A stretch of DNA of 64,000 nucleotides from Escherichia phage AV117, in the sequence record OR352947.1, one strand, 5' to 3'. The translations under genes and the position numbers were made by a program. Shown piece after piece: positions 9,497-19,067 of this stretch. Within the stretch, counting starts at the first letter, position 1. Each line of letters starts with the position of its first letter. Below the pieces are notes generated by a model. That model did not search any database and had not been told where the DNA came from. It worked only from the letters and a program-made list of their open reading frames with translations.

Positions 9497-10183
9497 TTAA
9501 AAGTCGTGAGTAGAATCGGCTTCCATCGCAATAACATAACTTACTTGAGAGCTTTCAAACTTGGCTGCAACTTTATCACCAGCTCCCCACAGCATTACTT
9601 TATAGTTACCTGGCTGGATTTTCATATTAGCCATATTGATTACGAAGTTAAAATTGTTAGAACCATCATAATCGGTAAGAGTCAAAGAATACTTAGGACG
9701 GGTTAGTCCAGAATCTTCAACTTTATTATAGCCATTGATAACAATTTTACCATCTTTATTTGTAATAGCAATTGTATCAATCTGAAGACCACGTGAAACT
9801 CGAAGCAATTGTTGAAGGTCTTCAGCTTTAATTTCAGTAATCACAGAAGCCACTGGGAATTGAATTGGCTTATTAGGAAAAACAATGGTGCTCTTGTCAG
9901 CGGCAGGCCAATAAACCGTGGAACGTGTATCTGCAATTTTAATATTGCCATCGGTGTGCATTGAAATTTCAGCATCATCAGACACTAAACTCAAAATGCT
10001 TAAGAAGCTATTCAAATCATAAAGTGCTACGTCAAAATCAATTTCATCAGAGATATTTGCTTCCGCATAAGTGGTGCCATTAACTGCACGAGTCATAATA
10101 AATTTACCTTGACTCAGCAGAATACCGGAGTTAATAGAGGCAAAGTTTTTCAGAATAGCGATAGTATCTTTAGACAGTTTCAT
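9497..10183 (-). CDS. 45: sliding clamp gp45
   Basis: 228 aa from MKLSKDTIAILKNFASINSGI; C-terminal EADSTHDF as in T4 gp45; start moved to internal ATG. Confidence 0.92.
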   Translation of the reverse strand: MKLSKDTIAILKNFASINSGILLSQGKFIMTRAVNGTTYAEANISDEIDFDVALYDLNSFLSILSLVSDDAEISMHTDGNIKIADTRSTVYWPAADKSTIVFPNKPIQFPVASVITEIKAEDLQQLLRVSRGLQIDTIAITNKDGKIVINGYNKVEDSGLTRPKYSLTLTDYDGSNNFNFVINMANMKIQPGNYKVMLWGAGDKVAAKFESSQVSYVIAMEADSTHDF

Positions 10184-10225
10184 TTTATTTCCTTTCAAGA
10201 CAATTCAAAGTTTATAACAAATTTA

Positions 10226-10642
10226 TTATGCAGCAACCATTTGCTTTTTAATAGCTTCAGGCAGTGATTCAATATATTCTGGAATTTTAGAAGCAACAAT
10301 TTCGCCAGCTGCAATTAGTTGTTCGTCGGCATCAACACAGTAGAGATCTTCCAGACGCTCAGAACCATCTTTATCAAGAACGATTTTTCCGCCGGCTTCA
10401 ATAGAATCTTTATAGTGCTTACGCATCAGATGAATCCACATATCAGATACATCGTTATCAATAAAACCATAAATCATAAAACGAGTTTCTTGTGGCAAAG
10501 ATTGGAGTTTTTTAGCACTTGCGTCATCACAATGCAGGACCCATGCTTTACGAACACGATTATGGTTATGTGGGTTAGCGTCAGTACGGATAGAAGTAAC
10601 TTTCAGATCAGCAGCAGTGAAACCTTTAGCAGTAGTAAACAT
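10226..10642 (-). CDS. rpbA: RNA polymerase binding protein RpbA
   Basis: 138 aa ORF in the T4 rpbA position between 46 and 45. Confidence 0.65.
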   Translation of the reverse strand: MFTTAKGFTAADLKVTSIRTDANPHNHNRVRKAWVLHCDDASAKKLQSLPQETRFMIYGFIDNDVSDMWIHLMRKHYKDSIEAGGKIVLDKDGSERLEDLYCVDADEQLIAAGEIVASKIPEYIESLPEAIKKQMVAA

Positions 10643-10654
10643 ATTATTTCTCTC

Positions 10655-10855
10655 TTATTCGTAGAAGTCGGTAACTGTCCATGCGGAATTGCGATTAGAC
10701 ATTATTTTATTATACTCATCTTTAAAAGCAGATTTGAGCATTTGTTCAGTAACAATATGTTCTTCGCCTGAAAACGTATTGGTCAAAACATATTTTTTAA
10801 TTTCAGGGACAACTAGAAGATGTTGTCCGGTTGAATACTCCATGTTGTTCTCCAT
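10655..10855 (-). CDS. hypothetical protein (45.2 position)
   Basis: 66 aa ORF tightly packed between gene 46 and rpbA. Confidence 0.5.
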   Translation of the reverse strand: MENNMEYSTGQHLLVVPEIKKYVLTNTFSGEEHIVTEQMLKSAFKDEYNKIMSNRNSAWTVTDFYE

Positions 10856-10897
10856 TTAATTTGATGTGGTCATTATAACCACATCGTGTTAAAGCGT

Positions 10898-12586
10898 TTA
10901 TGAAACAGTCATTACCGTAAATCGTCCAACTTTGCTCATCTGAAGATGTTGTCCGTACCGTTGAGGGTCATGGTCTCGATGGGAGATAATGAACACATTA
11001 GTATTTTGTAAACTTCCAAGGATGGTATCTATAGCCTTAACAGCCTCAGAATCGACAGCACCATCAAAAACCTCATCAAGAATCAGAGTGTTGATTTTAA
11101 CACCAGAGACCTTTTCAGCAATATCTCGCCATGTAAACAACAATGCGATATCGATACGTGCCTTTTCACCTTGACTAAATGAAGCATAACTAAAATCTTC
11201 ACGACCACGTGATTTTATAGATTCATTGAATTCTTCGTCAATAGAAAACACGTAATCAGCTTCCATGATTTTAAGATAATGGTTAATCTGCTTGTTGAAC
11301 AGAGGCACATATTTTTTAATGATAGCACCTTTAATACCAGAATCTTTTAACATATCTGTGATAATACCACGATGGTATTTTTCAAGAACGATATCTGATT
11401 TTGTTTTAATGATTTTATCAAGTTCTTTTTGAAGCAAAGCTATCTCATCGGCATGGTCGATAAATTCAGCTGAGGCTTGTTCTATTGCAGCTTTAACTTT
11501 CTTAGCTTTATCAATAGTGGCAATCATTGCTTGTTTCTTAGTACGAATATCAGATGCAAGGTCCTGTTTAGTCTTAACATTAGCTCTATATTCGTCAACT
11601 AGGACACTCAGATTATCTCTGTGACATGTAAGTTGCTCGAATGAGTGATTACATTCGTGAAGCTTATCGGTAATCTTAGAGACAATAGGGTCACCCTGGT
11701 GCAACTGTGATGCGCAAGTAGGACATGTACCACCATCATGATACATCTTAATAACTTTATTATATGAGTCAATTTTAGATTTAATCAAGAATGCTTCTTG
11801 TCCTATCTTGTTGAATGCCTCAGTAGGGTCTTCATCAAGAACGATATTAAGTAGTCGCTCATTAGCTTCTTCGATTTCTGCTTTTAATGAACGAGCTTCT
11901 TTGGCTAGGTCGTCATACATATTCTGTAGACGCGCTACATTATCACCAGATAATTTCTTTTGACGTTCGATATTCTCGTTATAAATCTTAATTTGTTGGA
12001 TAATACCATCTTTCTTGGCATCGAGAACTTGTCCCTGGGAATTAAGTTCTCGAACTTGAGACTTATTGATTTTATCCATTTCAGCGAGTGTGCCGACTTC
12101 TAAAAGGTCTTCGACAAGTTTTCTGCGAGCAGGGGTGCTAAGAGCCATGAAAGGGGTATACCCTGCCGTCCCAAGCACAACGATTTGTTTAAAAGACGCG
12201 TATGACATTCCGATGCTACGTTCAAATTCTTCTTGGAAGTCACGACTGCTGGCAGATTCATCAAGACGAACACCGTCAACGGAGATTTCGAAAATATTGG
12301 GTTTTTGGCCACGTTTAATGAAGTATTTTTTACCATCGAATTCCATCCAAAGCTCAACTAAGAGCTCTTTCTTGTTCGTGCTATTAATGATTTGCCCTTT
12401 CTTAACATCACGAAATGGTTTACCGAAAAGTCCGAAAGTAATGGCTTCTAACATCGTAGATTTACCACCACCATTTTTACCAGTGATTAATGTCTTTTGG
12501 ACTTTATCTAATTGGATGTCAATAGGATTCCCACCTACCGACATGATGTTTTGATAACGAACACGATTTAATTTAAATGATTTCAT
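10898..12586 (-). CDS. 46: recombination endonuclease subunit gp46 (Rad50/SbcC-like ATPase)
   Basis: 562 aa; Walker A GKNGGGKST, central coiled coil, C-terminal LILDEVFD; T4 gp46 is 560 aa. Confidence 0.93.
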   Translation of the reverse strand: MKSFKLNRVRYQNIMSVGGNPIDIQLDKVQKTLITGKNGGGKSTMLEAITFGLFGKPFRDVKKGQIINSTNKKELLVELWMEFDGKKYFIKRGQKPNIFEISVDGVRLDESASSRDFQEEFERSIGMSYASFKQIVVLGTAGYTPFMALSTPARRKLVEDLLEVGTLAEMDKINKSQVRELNSQGQVLDAKKDGIIQQIKIYNENIERQKKLSGDNVARLQNMYDDLAKEARSLKAEIEEANERLLNIVLDEDPTEAFNKIGQEAFLIKSKIDSYNKVIKMYHDGGTCPTCASQLHQGDPIVSKITDKLHECNHSFEQLTCHRDNLSVLVDEYRANVKTKQDLASDIRTKKQAMIATIDKAKKVKAAIEQASAEFIDHADEIALLQKELDKIIKTKSDIVLEKYHRGIITDMLKDSGIKGAIIKKYVPLFNKQINHYLKIMEADYVFSIDEEFNESIKSRGREDFSYASFSQGEKARIDIALLFTWRDIAEKVSGVKINTLILDEVFDGAVDSEAVKAIDTILGSLQNTNVFIISHRDHDPQRYGQHLQMSKVGRFTVMTVS

Positions 12587-12837
12587 ATGTATTCTCTTCG
12601 AATGAAGTCCTCTACATATTTTAACATGTCATCTCTATCAGCAAAATATTCATCTAGTTCTGCATACATAACAACACCTGGTGCGTACTCACAGGTAACG
12701 TACATTGTTCCAAAGAAACGAGGAGTTGATTCCTCGTAATTCTCAGTCCATTCAACGATACCAATATAACCATCACCAATACTAAACTCATGACGATGGA
12801 TTTCATAATCTGTCTTAGTCATTATATGCATCCTCAA
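12583..12837 (-). CDS. hypothetical protein (46.1 position)
   Basis: 84 aa ORF, start overlaps upstream gene, stop overlaps gene 46 start. Confidence 0.5.
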   Translation of the reverse strand: MRMHIMTKTDYEIHRHEFSIGDGYIGIVEWTENYEESTPRFFGTMYVTCEYAPGVVMYAELDEYFADRDDMLKYVEDFIRREYI

Positions 12838-13066
12838 TACACGCTTCAGCCATTTTAAGAATAGAGCCAGGAGTATCGTTGTCCATTATATTAAAGCTAA
12901 ATTCAATAGCCCAGTCGGTGCAGACATGAACTGCTTTAACTTCATTGCCTTCAACGCGTAATGGCTCAATCCAATACTTGATAGTGTTCTCGAATCCATC
13001 GTCATCTTTAACGTCCATTTCAACTTCAAGGTTGAGTCCAGCATTGTTAAATTCATCTAAAGTCAT
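12815..13066 (-). CDS. hypothetical protein (46.2 position)
   Basis: 83 aa ORF between 47 and 46, overlapping junctions. Confidence 0.5.
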   Translation of the reverse strand: MTLDEFNNAGLNLEVEMDVKDDDGFENTIKYWIEPLRVEGNEVKAVHVCTDWAIEFSFNIMDNDTPGSILKMAEACIEDAYND

Positions 13067-14082
13067 TGTGTTGCCTCAATATAAAGTTCGTTGGAATATT
13101 TGACCAGCGCTTCTCTGTCTTCGTCTGAGATATCTGGAATCGCGTCAATATATTCTTTAATGATATCTTGAAGTGATTTAATCTCGATTTCCTGGTCGTC
13201 ATCAGATTCAACACTGTTATCAACTTTAGAAACCATACGAAGAGAGTGAACTACTTTTTCAAGTTCAGATTCAAACTTAGTCAACTCTGAATCAATTTCT
13301 GATACTATAACACGTACGGCTAGATTAGTATAATCAGAATAATTGATTTTGCCTTTAAACGGATAAGTGATTCGTCGATGCCATGTTGTTTCATTAGGAA
13401 TAAATTCCATACGTTCAACATCGGTGTCAAATACCCAGAATCCTCGAGGGTCGTTTTCATCACCTGCAGTAAGGGTCCATGGTGTCCCAATATATTTGAC
13501 GTTAGCAGCTTCAGAGATTGTGTGGAAGTGGCCGGACCAGACTTGTTTATAGGTCTTTAAGAAATCAGGTTCAAGCCCATGAGACTTCATTCCTTTATAG
13601 AAATAAAAGCCATTCAGTTCCCAGTGCCCAACACAAAAAGAAGCAGATGAAGTTTTGATATGTTCAAGAATTTCACCAGTATTTTCTTCGCACATCCAAG
13701 GAATTAAATCAATCAAACATCCGTCAAAATCTACTGTAGTAGGCTTATCATATACTTTAACATTAGGATATTTAGCTAAAAGCTCAGTAGAAGCGTTTGG
13801 AGTTAAAGTATTTTTAAAGTGCATATCATGGTTTCCTACAACAGTATGTAGGGTAATACCAGCATCATCAAGCATTTGAACTATTTCACGTGCGAACTCC
13901 ATAGTTTTATGCGTGATTGCTTTTCGCACATCAAAAATATCACCGTATTGAATCCATGTAGTAATTCCATTTTTCTTGGAATATTCTATCGCCTGCTTAA
14001 TTCCATCCAACTGAATGGATTGAACCCACTCATCATCGGCTTTAACACCTAAATGCCAATCACCTAAATTTAAAATTTTCAT
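13063..14082 (-). CDS. 47: recombination endonuclease subunit gp47 (Mre11/SbcD-like nuclease)
   Basis: 339 aa; phosphoesterase motifs LGDWHLG, GDIFD, VVGNHD, GHFH; same length as T4 gp47. Confidence 0.93.
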   Translation of the reverse strand: MKILNLGDWHLGVKADDEWVQSIQLDGIKQAIEYSKKNGITTWIQYGDIFDVRKAITHKTMEFAREIVQMLDDAGITLHTVVGNHDMHFKNTLTPNASTELLAKYPNVKVYDKPTTVDFDGCLIDLIPWMCEENTGEILEHIKTSSASFCVGHWELNGFYFYKGMKSHGLEPDFLKTYKQVWSGHFHTISEAANVKYIGTPWTLTAGDENDPRGFWVFDTDVERMEFIPNETTWHRRITYPFKGKINYSDYTNLAVRVIVSEIDSELTKFESELEKVVHSLRMVSKVDNSVESDDDQEIEIKSLQDIIKEYIDAIPDISDEDREALVKYSNELYIEATQ

Positions 14083-14128
14083 ATTATTTCCTCATTAGTT
14101 AATTCATTCTATCATCCGTTTATAAAGC

Positions 14129-14153
14129 AAAAAAAGGAACTCCGAAGAGTTCC
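14129..14153 (-). terminator. rho-independent terminator
   Basis: minus-strand GGAACUC-UUCG-GAGUUCC hairpin followed by U7. Confidence 0.6.
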
Positions 14154-14329
14154 TATCCACATAGTACACCGTACAGAGGCTCATTTGAACTTTTAAATCG
14201 AATGGGCTTGTATGTAATAGTTCCTTCTGCTTTAGCTTTATCATGAGACTCTTTAAAACGTCTCATCATTTCTACTTTAGAGGAACGAATTTTATTATAA
14301 TCTATTTCAGAAGTCGGGATGTTCGTCAT
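14153..14329 (-). CDS. hypothetical small protein (58 aa)
   Basis: ATG at 14329, MTNIPTSEIDYNKIRSSKVEMMRRFKESHDKAKAEG...; ends at terminator hairpin; below ORF-track cutoff. Confidence 0.35.
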   Translation of the reverse strand: MTNIPTSEIDYNKIRSSKVEMMRRFKESHDKAKAEGTITYKPIRFKSSNEPLYGVLCG

Positions 14330-14368
14330 GCATAAGCACCTCTCAGAAAATGCCTAAATCAATTTCTC

Positions 14369-14575
14369 TCATCGTTTCCACCATTTCTTAACTTGAAATG
14401 AATCAACCCACACGAGTTGTTTTGGGTCTGCCTTTACAATAGGCGGACAAATTTCTGTAATAGAACCGTCGTGATATTCCTTTTCAGAGATTTTAACACA
14501 AAGAGGACCTCCCAATTTAAGGGTGAATCCTGCGTTCAGATTAAGACGTTTAAACTTTGTTTGAACTAGCGCCAT
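14369..14575 (-). CDS. hypothetical protein
   Basis: ORF in 47-55 interval; start set at internal ATG. Confidence 0.4.
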   Translation of the reverse strand: MALVQTKFKRLNLNAGFTLKLGGPLCVKISEKEYHDGSITEICPPIVKADPKQLVWVDSFQVKKWWKR

Positions 14576-14873
14576 TAATGATGTCCTCAATAGCCTGACG
14601 AGTAGTAACCCACTGGATTTTAATTAACTTGTCATTATATGGTTGTCGTAGAATATCCCGAGATTTCTTAATAGCATATTCGTAAGCTTCGAAGTTGTTT
14701 TGAATTGCTGCTTCTTGAGCATGAGCATAAAGACGGTTTAGTTCAAAACGATTCTTTTTAAGAATCTTTTCGGATTTTTTACGTGCTTCAGCTTCATTTT
14801 TCTTTTGGATTTCTTGTAGCATTTTAGCTACTGCATCTTCTGCTTCTTTATTTTCAATAATCTCGGTAGTCAT
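14550..14873 (-). CDS. hypothetical protein
   Basis: 107 aa lysine/glutamate-rich helical ORF in 47-55 interval. Confidence 0.5.
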   Translation of the reverse strand: MTTEIIENKEAEDAVAKMLQEIQKKNEAEARKKSEKILKKNRFELNRLYAHAQEAAIQNNFEAYEYAIKKSRDILRQPYNDKLIKIQWVTTRQAIEDIINGASSNKV

Positions 14874-14874
14874 A

Positions 14875-15084
14875 TTATCTCATTAAATTAAAATAAAAAC
14901 GTCCATCCTCTTCAATACAGAACTCATACTCGACCGGAGTCCCATTTATCGAAAATGACACGTCATGTGGGTTCAAAGGGTCGATGTCAAAATTAATTTT
15001 AAATTCACGACCCAACAGTTTTATCAAATAAGGGATTGCTTCGTCAAAAGGTTCTTCTAAGTAGTTAGAGATGTCAATTGTCAT
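14875..15084 (-). CDS. hypothetical protein
   Basis: ORF immediately downstream of gene 55; start set at internal ATG 15084 to limit overlap with gene 55. Confidence 0.45.
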   Translation of the reverse strand: MTIDISNYLEEPFDEAIPYLIKLLGREFKINFDIDPLNPHDVSFSINGTPVEYEFCIEEDGRFYFNLMR

Positions 15085-15631
15085 CCTCATATAAAAAATC
15101 CAAACTAGGCGAATCGCTAACAACTTCCTTCTTTTCAGCCCCAGGAGCTTTATAAGCGGATTCTTCATAATGCGTCATTTTATCGTAGATGTCTTGAATA
15201 AACGTTTCATCTACCAACGCTACCATATCATCGTCATGACTGTCGTAGACGTTATGAACGAAGTAACTATATTTCTTTGCAACTTCCTTACGTTCTTTTT
15301 TGATACGTTGGACAAAAGCATTAAAACAAGCTCGAGTTATGTATGCATGTGGGTTATTGTACTTAGTTTCGTCGAAATTATGAAGTCCCTTAATAGAGGC
15401 TTCAATCCCATCTGCAATCATCTCCTGCTTCCAAGACTGGGTATATCCTGAAAAGTTGAAACGTTTGGACAGGCCTTCGGCGATAAGCATAATTGCTAAA
15501 CCGATGGTATCATTCTGACGAATAATTTTGTTTGGGTCTTTATTATTTAAGAGCTCCTTTTTCCACTCGATTATAGCGGCGAGAAGCTCTTTATTATTCA
15601 CATAGTTATTTTTAGGTTTTTGTTCAGTCAT
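15074..15631 (-). CDS. 55: late-transcription sigma factor gp55
   Basis: 185 aa; [20 protein letters not shown]...[45 protein letters not shown] matches T4 gp55 nearly throughout. Confidence 0.95.
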   Translation of the reverse strand: MTEQKPKNNYVNNKELLAAIIEWKKELLNNKDPNKIIRQNDTIGLAIMLIAEGLSKRFNFSGYTQSWKQEMIADGIEASIKGLHNFDETKYNNPHAYITRACFNAFVQRIKKERKEVAKKYSYFVHNVYDSHDDDMVALVDETFIQDIYDKMTHYEESAYKAPGAEKKEVVSDSPSLDFLYEDDN

Positions 15632-15703
15632 AAGTACCTCTTAGCTCAATTCATAGGTCTATTATATCATAATATTTAGAGACCTATCTTAAAGCACGAG
15701 ATA

Positions 15704-15973
15704 CTATCGGAGCAAACAATAAGCCTGAAACACTTTTTCCATTAAACGTTTGAACTCATGGATATCGATATAAAGCTCAGTAAGACCGGCATTATAAAGA
15801 AAATCTAAAAAGTTCTCATGTGTTTCGTTATAGTCGCCTTCGTTTAATTGAGATACATGAGTTTCCCAAAAACCAACACCTTTAACGAATGGAAAATACG
15901 TGACTTTCATGTATTCGTCAACATAAAATTCGCCCAGCTTTTCTTCAGTTATACTGATTCGAGTTAATTTCAT
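15704..15973 (-). CDS. hypothetical protein
   Basis: 89 aa ORF, stop-start overlap with neighbour. Confidence 0.5.
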   Translation of the reverse strand: MKLTRISITEEKLGEFYVDEYMKVTYFPFVKGVGFWETHVSQLNEGDYNETHENFLDFLYNAGLTELYIDIHEFKRLMEKVFQAYCLLR

Positions 15974-16197
15974 TCTAGTTCCTTTGCTGCTTCAAGAGCA
16001 TCATCCAACGAATCAAATTGGTCAACGAAATCGATATTCAACGCATCGTCAGCCGTAGCATATAGCCACCATTGTTTGAATTCATATTCTAGGATAAATC
16101 CAAGCCCTTCAATCTGAGAAAGACCTAGGCTATTTGTACCAACTTCGTAACCAGCTAGACGCAGGTCATTAATCAAAGATTCTGTTAATACGCTCAT
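15970..16197 (-). CDS. hypothetical protein
   Basis: 75 aa acidic ORF, overlapping junctions. Confidence 0.5.
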   Translation of the reverse strand: MSVLTESLINDLRLAGYEVGTNSLGLSQIEGLGFILEYEFKQWWLYATADDALNIDFVDQFDSLDDALEAAKELE

Positions 16198-16526
16198 TTT
16201 ACCGCCTTAACAATTTTCAGGTCAACGAATTTTTTCTTACGTTGATTTTTCATACGACGGATAGTCTTTTCAGAGATTTCATGTTTCTGATAAGCTTTAG
16301 ATTCAACACCAAATGCAGCAACGTCAAATTCAGAAAGAATATATTGTACTAGAATTTCACGAATAGAATTACGTCCAATTTTCTGGTCGTGTTTTTGCAT
16401 GATTTCATAAAGACGGAATTCCCATGCGTCAAGGACTTGAGGAGTAACAATATTGCCGGATTCCAGAAGAGCAACAACTTTATCGAAAGCGAAAGAATTA
16501 ACTACGTTTTTGATTTTAGTAGACAT
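16194..16526 (-). CDS. hypothetical protein
   Basis: start set at ATG 16526 (MSTKIKNVV) downstream of promoter -10 at 16564..16569. Confidence 0.5.
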   Translation of the reverse strand: MSTKIKNVVNSFAFDKVVALLESGNIVTPQVLDAWEFRLYEIMQKHDQKIGRNSIREILVQYILSEFDVAAFGVESKAYQKHEISEKTIRRMKNQRKKKFVDLKIVKAVK

Positions 16527-16544
16527 ATTATTTTCCTCGGTTAT

Positions 16545-16596
16545 TTTATTATCCAATGAGAGCATTATACTCTGCTCTCAAGAGTTTGTGCATTAT
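16545..16596 (-). repeat. 52-bp promoter-containing repeat, copy A
   Basis: tttattatccaa-gagagcattatactctgctctcaagagtttgt-attatt; 3 mismatches to copy at 46810..46861. Confidence 0.8.
16564..16592 (-). promoter_or_regulatory. early-type promoter (TATAAT -10, weak -35)
   Basis: minus-strand TGCACA-N17-TATAAT inside repeat copy A. Confidence 0.4.
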
Positions 16597-16832
16597 TCCG
16601 TGATAAGATAATGTAAATAGTTTGCTTGACGAACACTGATATCAACACCCATATCAAAGATACCTTTATAGAACGGGTATTTGTTTTCAGTAGAATCTAG
16701 ACTAAAAGCCTTTCCACCACAACTAACGGTAATAGCATCAGTTAAAGTGTCATATACAAACTTAATAGTTGAGCCATTCACTACGACTTCAAGACGTTTT
16801 TTCGATGTAATAACGTCTAATTCTTGTTCCAT
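16593..16832 (-). CDS. hypothetical protein
   Basis: 79 aa ORF. Confidence 0.45.
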   Translation of the reverse strand: MEQELDVITSKKRLEVVVNGSTIKFVYDTLTDAITVSCGGKAFSLDSTENKYPFYKGIFDMGVDISVRQANYLHYLITE

Positions 16833-16895
16833 GATATTTTCCTCATTTTAAGACGATAGGAAGATAATAACACGTCTTCCTATCGTTGTACATTA

Positions 16896-17096
16896 TTAAC
16901 CGAACTTTTTAGCGCCTTTCCAGCCTTCATACATAGCTGCACAAGTCAGTAGTACAGCGTGCTGGCATTCTTTGTATTTGTAAATCCAGAACCAACGTAA
17001 AAAGTCTTCGTCCTCAACGCCGTTGAGTTTCATATTGGCAAAGAATTCGGCACGTTCTTCACGAAGTTGCCATGACACAATATTTTCAGGATTCAT
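16896..17096 (-). CDS. hypothetical protein
   Basis: start set at ATG overlapping upstream stop (AAAATGA). Confidence 0.45.
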   Translation of the reverse strand: MNPENIVSWQLREERAEFFANMKLNGVEDEDFLRWFWIYKYKECQHAVLLTCAAMYEGWKGAKKFG

Positions 17097-17227
17097 TTTG
17101 TGTTCCACGTCCCATTTTCATCGATGAACTTAATCCAGTCATTTACAGACCATTTAGTTGTATCACCCTTTGGATTAACATTTAAAGTATATAATCCCTG
17201 CTTAAAAAGCATTCGTTTGATATTCAT
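17093..17227 (-). CDS. hypothetical small protein
   Basis: start at ATG 17227 preceded by GAGGAAATT; 44 aa. Confidence 0.35.
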   Translation of the reverse strand: MNIKRMLFKQGLYTLNVNPKGDTTKWSVNDWIKFIDENGTWNTK

Positions 17228-17234
17228 AATTTCC

Positions 17235-17555
17235 TCAACTGTAACGATAACATTCATTAGCTTTACGTTTGGCTTCAGTATGAGAAGTATTATAATCATA
17301 ATCTTCTTTACTGTAAACATCTTTTTTCAACTTACGAACTTCTTTGCGGAGTTGTCGATTCATTTCGTTCTTGACTTCGGAATCAACGCCTTTCATACGT
17401 TTCCATTTATCTGAGCGGAAAATGTTTTCAACCATGTCTTTGTGGCTAACACCGTCAGGAGCTTTACGTTTACCAAAATAGTCGTAATCACGAACTTTCA
17501 AATCTTTACGACGATACGTTTTACCCATAAGTACCTCAGAGGTTGATTGATACAA
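17235..17555 (-). CDS. hypothetical basic protein
   Basis: 106 aa, lysine/arginine-rich. Confidence 0.5.
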   Translation of the reverse strand: MYQSTSEVLMGKTYRRKDLKVRDYDYFGKRKAPDGVSHKDMVENIFRSDKWKRMKGVDSEVKNEMNRQLRKEVRKLKKDVYSKEDYDYNTSHTEAKRKANECYRYS

Positions 17556-17784
17556 TGCGTTTGATAAAATTCATTTCACTTACTGAAAGGTCTTTAAGAC
17601 CGATTGATTCTAAACGCTGAGTAAGCGTCAACATTGGGATATAGTCCCATTGTGTTTTAGACGTTTGATAAGTACGGACGCCATTAGCAATTTCAACATG
17701 CAAATCGGAAATGGTAACGAATACTGGACGTTCGTTGTTTACATTAAGAGTTAGAACAACTTTCTTTGAATCTAAACTAATCAT
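17536..17784 (-). CDS. hypothetical protein
   Basis: 82 aa ORF. Confidence 0.45.
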   Translation of the reverse strand: MISLDSKKVVLTLNVNNERPVFVTISDLHVEIANGVRTYQTSKTQWDYIPMLTLTQRLESIGLKDLSVSEMNFIKRIVSINL

Positions 17785-18083
17785 GGCTTAATTTCCTTCG
17801 CAATTGAACAGAAGATACCACGGTCACAAAGCATTTCACCAATTTCTGGATATTTGATTGAACGGTACCAAACATCCAGGCTTGAAACTCTGGTTATCTG
17901 TATTGCATTACCATTGACAGAATAGTACTGGTCGACCTTAATTTCTTTATCTTCAATTGTCATTTTATTTTCCTCTATAGTAGATGGTTTAATCTTAACA
18001 CATCTATTGAGGATGTAAACTGTTTTATGAAAATATTTTCGATTTGAGAGGGGCACAAGGAGATAGTGAAGTGAAGATTCCAA
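17781..18083 (-). CDS. hypothetical protein
   Basis: 100 aa ORF. Confidence 0.45.
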   Translation of the reverse strand: MESSLHYLLVPLSNRKYFHKTVYILNRCVKIKPSTIEENKMTIEDKEIKVDQYYSVNGNAIQITRVSSLDVWYRSIKYPEIGEMLCDRGIFCSIAKEIKP

Positions 18084-18099
18084 TGGATTATATTAGAAA

Positions 18100-18130
18100 T
18101 GAGATAAAGAAGACCAGGCGGCACCTGGTC
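18100..18130 (-). terminator. candidate terminator hairpin
   Basis: GACCAGG-N5-CCUGGUC perfect 7-bp stem overlapping stop of upstream gene, then U-rich tract. Confidence 0.4.
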
Positions 18131-18452
18131 AATCTTCTATGATATCAGAGTCATATCCTAATGAAATCAAGGACTTTTTAAACTCTGCAATATTCTTTTG
18201 TTTCTTATCATTTAAAAATATGACAGGATAACGAATATTAAGTGAAGTGAATCCTGCACGTTTAGCAAGAGATACGATTAAAGGACGGTCATATTCAATC
18301 TTACCATTATTAGTGAGGACTTTATAAAATGTATAAGGAGCATTGAGCTCCTTTAAAAGTTTTGTAACAGTATAACATCCCGGACAACGTCCTACTTCTT
18401 CAGGGATGCCATAAATTTCAATCTTGTTCTTTAAGTTCGAGTTTTGTTCCAC
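18129..18452 (-). CDS. thioredoxin/glutaredoxin-like protein (NrdH-like)
   Basis: CPGC redox motif in EIYGIPEEVGRCPGCYTVTKLL; start tentatively GTG 18452 after AAGGAA. Confidence 0.45.
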   Translation of the reverse strand: MEQNSNLKNKIEIYGIPEEVGRCPGCYTVTKLLKELNAPYTFYKVLTNNGKIEYDRPLIVSLAKRAGFTSLNIRYPVIFLNDKKQKNIAEFKKSLISLGYDSDIIED

Positions 18453-18735
18453 GAGAAATAATTCCTTGGTAAGCCCAATAAGGAGGATTAACAGAATCCT
18501 CGCCAGAGTTTTCTTCAGGAAAATAAACCTGGATAACAAATCCAGATGCATCAAAGGTAAAATAAACCGTAGGCAGTTCACCTAACAATTCGGCGCGAGC
18601 ATTAATTTCTTCGAGATCTCGTTCACGTCCAGCCCAAAAACTAGGATTTAGACTACATTCATAGAAATAATAGTCATTACCGAACATATCAAAACCTTTC
18701 CAACTCTCTACCACATACTGCTCAAAACTAATCAT
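18418..18735 (-). CDS. hypothetical protein
   Basis: 105 aa ORF. Confidence 0.45.
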   Translation of the reverse strand: MISFEQYVVESWKGFDMFGNDYYFYECSLNPSFWAGRERDLEEINARAELLGELPTVYFTFDASGFVIQVYFPEENSGEDSVNPPYWAYQGIISRGTKLELKEQD

Positions 18736-18737
18736 AA

Positions 18738-18977
18738 TTAAGCCTTTTTATCAAGAACAGAATTCAGTTTATTAGTAATTTTGTCCAAACGTTCATTGAA
18801 TTCGCTGGAGGATAAACCCTTTTCCGGAGAAATTAAACTAATCACGAAAAATACACCAGTAAAAGGAATAAGAAAAATAGCTCCAACTGCCATAAACAAA
18901 AAGAACGTTACAGTTGTAAGAAAATCAGCTAAACCTTTACGAAATTTATACATATTTACCCTTAATTGATTAACCAA
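18738..18977 (-). CDS. hypothetical membrane protein
   Basis: 79 aa with hydrophobic segment FLFMAVGAIFLIPFTGVFFVISLI. Confidence 0.5.
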   Translation of the reverse strand: MVNQLRVNMYKFRKGLADFLTTVTFFLFMAVGAIFLIPFTGVFFVISLISPEKGLSSSEFNERLDKITNKLNSVLDKKA

Positions 18978-19067
18978 ACATTGATAAACACTAAACTATA
19001 TTGCGAATAAAATTCTGGACCAAAACGAAAAATCATATCATTTATAGTATCCATAGTGTAATTCAAT

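Noticed and set aside
9497-10198. ORF-track starts longer than conserved N-termini (genes 45, regA, denV, e, 6, 5.4, 4, 3)
   Set aside because: Internal ATGs reproduce the known T4 N-termini and have better RBS spacing; upstream extensions run into neighbouring genes or promoters.
12066-12554. 162-codon plus-strand ORF
   Set aside because: Antisense to gene 46 coding sequence; Ser/Pro-rich shadow ORF.
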